Part shown: piece after piece, positions 60,879-64,000 of the stretch
Position numbering within the stretch: the stretch's first letter is position 1
Layout: each line of letters opens with the position of its first letter
Assembly (NCBI GenBank): GCA_032718475.1
Contig: JAUCBJ010006622.1
Location: 19,522 to 83,521, forward strand
Length of the DNA: 64,000 nt
Direction of reading: 5' to 3'
DNA from: Nemertoderma westbladi
Lineage: Eukaryota; Animalia; Xenacoelomorpha
Position numbers and translations under genes: made by a program
Notes under the pieces: generated by a model
What the model was told of the DNA's origin: nothing
Seen by the model: only the letters and a program-made list of their open reading frames with translations
The model's database searches: none

Positions 60879-62360
60879 TTAAAATAACGGCACAATTAAA
60901 TAATAATTATAATAACAATTTATTTTACAAAAAGAAAGAAAGACAAAAGACAAAATACAAAAGAAAGTACGTAAACTATTATTATTATTTACCATTATTT
61001 TAAATAAAAGCCACACAAATAGGTCGAAAATAATGGCGGGCGAAATTAAACTCTGAAAAAACTGAAACCCGTTAAACAATGGAAACTCCCGGATTTTACA
61101 ACTGGCCGACAGTGCGAGGTTGAGCCTGTGGCTGGCGCAGTGTACAAATGTTGCGAGGGGCTGTATACGACAAATGTTTGCCTGGCAGCCATTATATATT
61201 CCTGACATGGCTGCGGCACCATCGTAACCCTGCCCGCGGCATTGTTCGAGGGAGAGGCCCATGCCTTCAATATGTCGTTGGACCTGATTGGCAAGCGAGG
61301 CACCTGTTAAATTCTCTGCTTCGAAAAATCCCGTGAAGATTTCCTCGATCTCCCCGACTAGACTGACGATCCGGAGGCTAACCGACACCTGTGATATCCT
61401 CCCTGCATCAGTTGTTTCGTCAACAAGAGTCGAGAAGAACCCTGCTTCTTTAATTTGCTGGGACAGCTTCTCTTTAATGACCTCGCCAGAACATTCTATC
61501 AGGTCGTTCTGAATCGTATTTGAAATGTACTTTGCATTACCCGGCGCGTGCTCCAGCATCGAGGCAAGGGTTTTGTCCCCAGCATCCACTCGGAATCGAA
61601 GCAGATTCCTGAATAAACCCTCTTCCGTACCCGTGGTCTCTATTTCTTTCCTCTCAGCAATACCGACACGACCGTAGTCCCGGTGTCCACGGAGAGGAAG
61701 ATTATTCCGCCCACAGAACAGAACAGTCTTTATGATGGGGGACAGCTTGGCGCGGTTCGCAGCAATGACGGCAGCATTGGTACCTTCAATCAATGATTCA
61801 ACATTCCTCTCAGGATGATGGAATCCCCCCGTGAATCCACTAGCCCTGGTCATTGCCGTGACATGGGCGGCAGCGCGGTCATGTGCTGCGAGCACCTCAG
61901 TTGCCTTTTTAAACTTCGTCAATGGAACGGCAACCAGTTGGCGTACGGGTTGCATTTGCCGTCCCCCCGCCACCCCAACTCTTTCGGCGAAGAGCAGGCA
62001 CGCCGCACAGAGGCCGCCTTGCAGGCGACGGCTGTATCCCAGCCAAGGATATAGATCCAACCAGCGAGACTGGAAGCGGCGGCCTTCAACGATAGGGAAG
62101 TTAAAACCAACAGGCGGCCTCCACTTGTTGGTCCAGAGCAGATATTTCTGGCCGTCGTTCAACCGACGATGTCCGCCATCCTGACACACTGCCAAATCAT
62201 CAACAAGGTCATCTTGGGGTGCTGGTGCTAGAGGGAGAGCAGCAGTGTCTTCATCAACACCAACCGGGACGGGAGGAGGAACTGGTGTTGGTACTGGATC
62301 TTCCAAACAAGATCTTTTACCGGTAGAAGAAGAGCCAAAAAAGTCCGTAATTCTCTTCAT
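60879..62360 (-). pseudogene. hAT transposase (ZMYM1/PRKRIR-like, DUF4371), C-terminally truncated at ~61090
   Basis: RRFQSRW..YPWL.YS..GLCAAC, LPLRGHRD, YISNTIQNDLI, VDETTD, GQGYDGA..MSG, HCASHRLNL; no third catalytic Glu region or dimerisation domain. Confidence 0.88.
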
Positions 62361-62929
62361 TATTGATTATCGGATTATGATTATTATACTGACTGTATTT
62401 GACAGTGAAATACCGGTATAATCTGTTAATATAATTTCAATACCTACTGCAGTACTGTATAACAATATAAGCCTATGGTTAATGTCATGCCAGCATGCTA
62501 GACAGATAGCAGGATAGTGATATGCGCGTTTTAAAGAAACACTAAACTTGAAAAGAATATACCTACCTGCTACCGGTACCGTATGAATTAGGCCTACCTC
62601 AGTACCCAGTACTCTTAAAGAATTATGTATGGAGTAAGGAGGGTAATGCAGTAATGAGTAGGCCTAATCCTAATGCCTAATGCAGTAATGTATTAGCCTA
62701 GTTACAATGAAATAATGGCGTTTAAATTACATATATTTGGGGTTTGCCAGGGGGGGGGGGGGCAAGCCCCCACCCAAAATGCCTGGGGGGGGGCAGATGC
62801 CCCCTTGCCCCCCCCCTAGAACCGCCACTGTCTGTTGTAGGTACAGGTACTGGTATTTTTGCAAGAATTGAATGCAGACAGAATGTCTTCCGTCACTCTG
62901 TTGGTTGCACCGGTGTCACCTACCAATTA

Positions 62930-63895
62930 CGGAAGCCCATAAGGGTCACCCTTTCGCGTGTGCGTGTGCATTCCTAAAAAATTGCTAAAGCTGTCTATGT
63001 GAGTGTTTACCTCTGTGTGTGAGTGTATACGCTCTGTGTGTGAGTGTATACCTCTGTGTGTGAGTGTATACCTCTGTGTGTGAGTGTATACCTCTGTGTG
63101 TGAGTGTATACCTCTGTGTGTGAGTGTATACCTCTGTGTGTGAGTGTATAGGCCCATAAGGGTCACCCTTTACGTGCGTGCACACAAATGAAATTTGATT
63201 ATTGGAGGGTAATTTAAATATCTTGTTTTTACCTACTACTGAATTAACTGTACCGGTACCTACTGCAGTACTGACTTATTGGATATTACTGTATTACACT
63301 AATACTATTACACTAATACAGACTAATACTGCAGTACCTGAGTCCTGTATGGAATCCAATAGGTCAGTCTGTCAGTAGGTATCAGTACTGCAGTAGGTAC
63401 CGGTACAGTTAATTCATATCAGTACAGCAATACGAAGGCCCTGGTAGTAGGTAAAAACAAGATAGGCCTATTTAAATTACCCTCCAATAATCAAATTTCA
63501 TTTGTTTGCACGCACGTAAAGGGTGACCCTTATGGGCCTATACACTCACACACAGAGGTATACACTCACACACAGAGGTATACACTCACACACAGAGGTA
63601 TACACTCACACCACAGAGGTATACACTCACACACAGAGCTATACACTCACACACAGAGGTATACACTCACACACAGAGGTAAACACTCACACAGACAGCT
63701 TTAGCCATTTTTTAGGAAAGAACACGCACACGCGAAAGGGTGACCCTTTTGGGCCTATACACTCACACACAGAGGTAAACACTCACACACAGAGCTATAC
63801 ACTCACACACAGAGGTAAACACTCACATAGACAGCTTTAGCAATTTTTTAGGAATGCACACGCACACGCGAAAGGGTGACCCTTATGGGCTTCCG
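62930..63895. mobile_element. Almost fully palindromic foldback element with 20-bp minisatellite arms, probable TA TSD
   Basis: ta|cggaagcccataagggtcaccc ... gggtgacccttatgggcttccg|ta; (gtgtgtgagtgtatacctct)n on the left arm, inverted on the right. Confidence 0.88.
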
Positions 63896-64000
63896 TAGCC
63901 CAATACATCTGTAGGCAGTTCAGCAGTGGGCCTATATCATCGTAAGACGTTCAACGTTAAATAGAGAACATGACAACTTGTGTTGAACTTGTACTAAATT

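Larger units (their letters stand above)
59407..62830 (-). mobile_element. hAT DNA transposon, defective
   Basis: TIRs caggggcggttctag / ctagaaccgccactg; transposase inside; no matching 8-bp TSD. Confidence 0.75.

Overview
AT-rich animal (probably invertebrate) genomic DNA made almost entirely of nested mobile elements; no intact host gene was recognised. The centrepiece is a complete ~22.9 kb Polinton/Maverick (10499-33427) with AGTAGTAG termini, a 6-bp TSD (ATTAAC) and ~380-bp TIRs, inserted in a decayed Gypsy element. Its virion/integration block is intact: adenain-like protease, major capsid protein, core proteins, two tandem minor capsid genes, integrase and packaging ATPase. Its pPolB is broken by a Harbinger-type MITE, a CRE-like RLE retrotransposon and several frameshifts. 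It also carries unusual cargo: an apparent TATA-binding-protein (TBP) homologue overlapping the pPolB stop, a PC4-like ORF, a RING protein and a DEDD-like nuclease. The rest of the window holds a young BEL/Pao LTR element with in-frame deletion of RT/IN (34557-46293), two APE-type LINEs, a truncated hAT transposase, several MITE/foldback elements, a 59-bp satellite and directly visible transposon excision footprints. All protein assignments are by-eye motif recognition, not database searches.
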